Of a stretch of DNA of 64,000 bases, positions 63,734 to 64,000 are shown in pieces. This stretch comes from Peribolospora baueri. Taxonomy: Eukaryota. Positions within the stretch are counted from its first letter, which is position 1. Each line of letters begins with the position of its first letter. Both the position numbers and the translations under genes were made by a program. The notes beneath the pieces are model-generated. The model was not told the DNA's origin, did not search any database, and worked only from the letters and a program-made list of their open reading frames with translations. The DNA lies in the NCBI GenBank assembly GCA_029717555.1, contig JAMDHS010000021.1:62001-126000 (forward strand). Reading direction: 5' to 3'.

Positions 63734-63739
63734 TTTTTT
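63734..63739 (+). terminator. RNA Pol III oligo-T terminator
   Basis: TTTTTT immediately 3' of the tRNA-His gene. Confidence 0.8.
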
Positions 63740-63857
63740 GTTTTGCATGGCGCGTGTTTCGCCGTGCCCATGCTTATGACGGGACGGGACTTGCATCCGG
63801 AACGGTCGATCACCATACGTTGTCATTCTTGCGTGGATGGAACACGCTTACACGACC

Positions 63858-64000
63858 ATGCCTCCGCGTACAATGTCCTCCCAAGACCGGATCAAGGTCC
63901 TCACCCTCAACTGCTGGTAAGCTCCTGCCCATTTCTCCGCCCATCTCCTGTTCCTTCCACTGCGCGTCTTTCTCTTCGTCTACTCGCGCGAACTCTGCCG
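63858..64000 (+). CDS. ISC1: 5' end of inositol phosphosphingolipid phospholipase C / neutral sphingomyelinase (Isc1/Css1-like), partial
   Basis: Exon 1 (63858-63916) reads MPPRTMSSQDRIKVLTLNCW followed by a GTAAG donor. LTLNCWG is the typical N-terminal motif of this family. Confidence 0.7.

Overview
GC-rich, intron-rich eukaryotic DNA from a basidiomycete-type fungus (GTGAG/GTAAG donors, CTGAC/CTAAC branch sites; taxonomy inferred, not determined). The right half is a dense block of conserved genes: Raptor/KOG1, NOP15, RPL41, a maltose/galactoside O-acetyltransferase, arginyl-tRNA synthetase, a small stress-type protein, VPS33, an ISWI remodeler, an EI24/Rrt8-like membrane protein, UBA3, tRNA-His(GTG) and the start of ISC1. 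The left half is more accessory: a BAH protein with a vestigial PHD finger, a secreted phosphoesterase/phospholipase C, CCT3, a secreted SGNH esterase, an ACR3 arsenite exporter, a frameshifted MFS transporter, and a decayed Ty3/gypsy integrase split by a captured host metallophosphoesterase fragment. The most striking observation is a three-gene cluster at 24.4-29.3 kb. It contains two divergent, intronless, secreted Asn/Gly-rich repeat precursors with Kex2-type dibasic sites and a spliced, predicted GPI-anchored Ser/Thr-rich protein. All three carry a 17-residue D-x4-G-x5-NN-x3-C motif directly after a basic cleavage site. This suggests, as inference, a secreted peptide-polymer surface system with its own cell-wall anchor. 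Exon boundaries were read by eye, so multi-exon gene spans are approximate.
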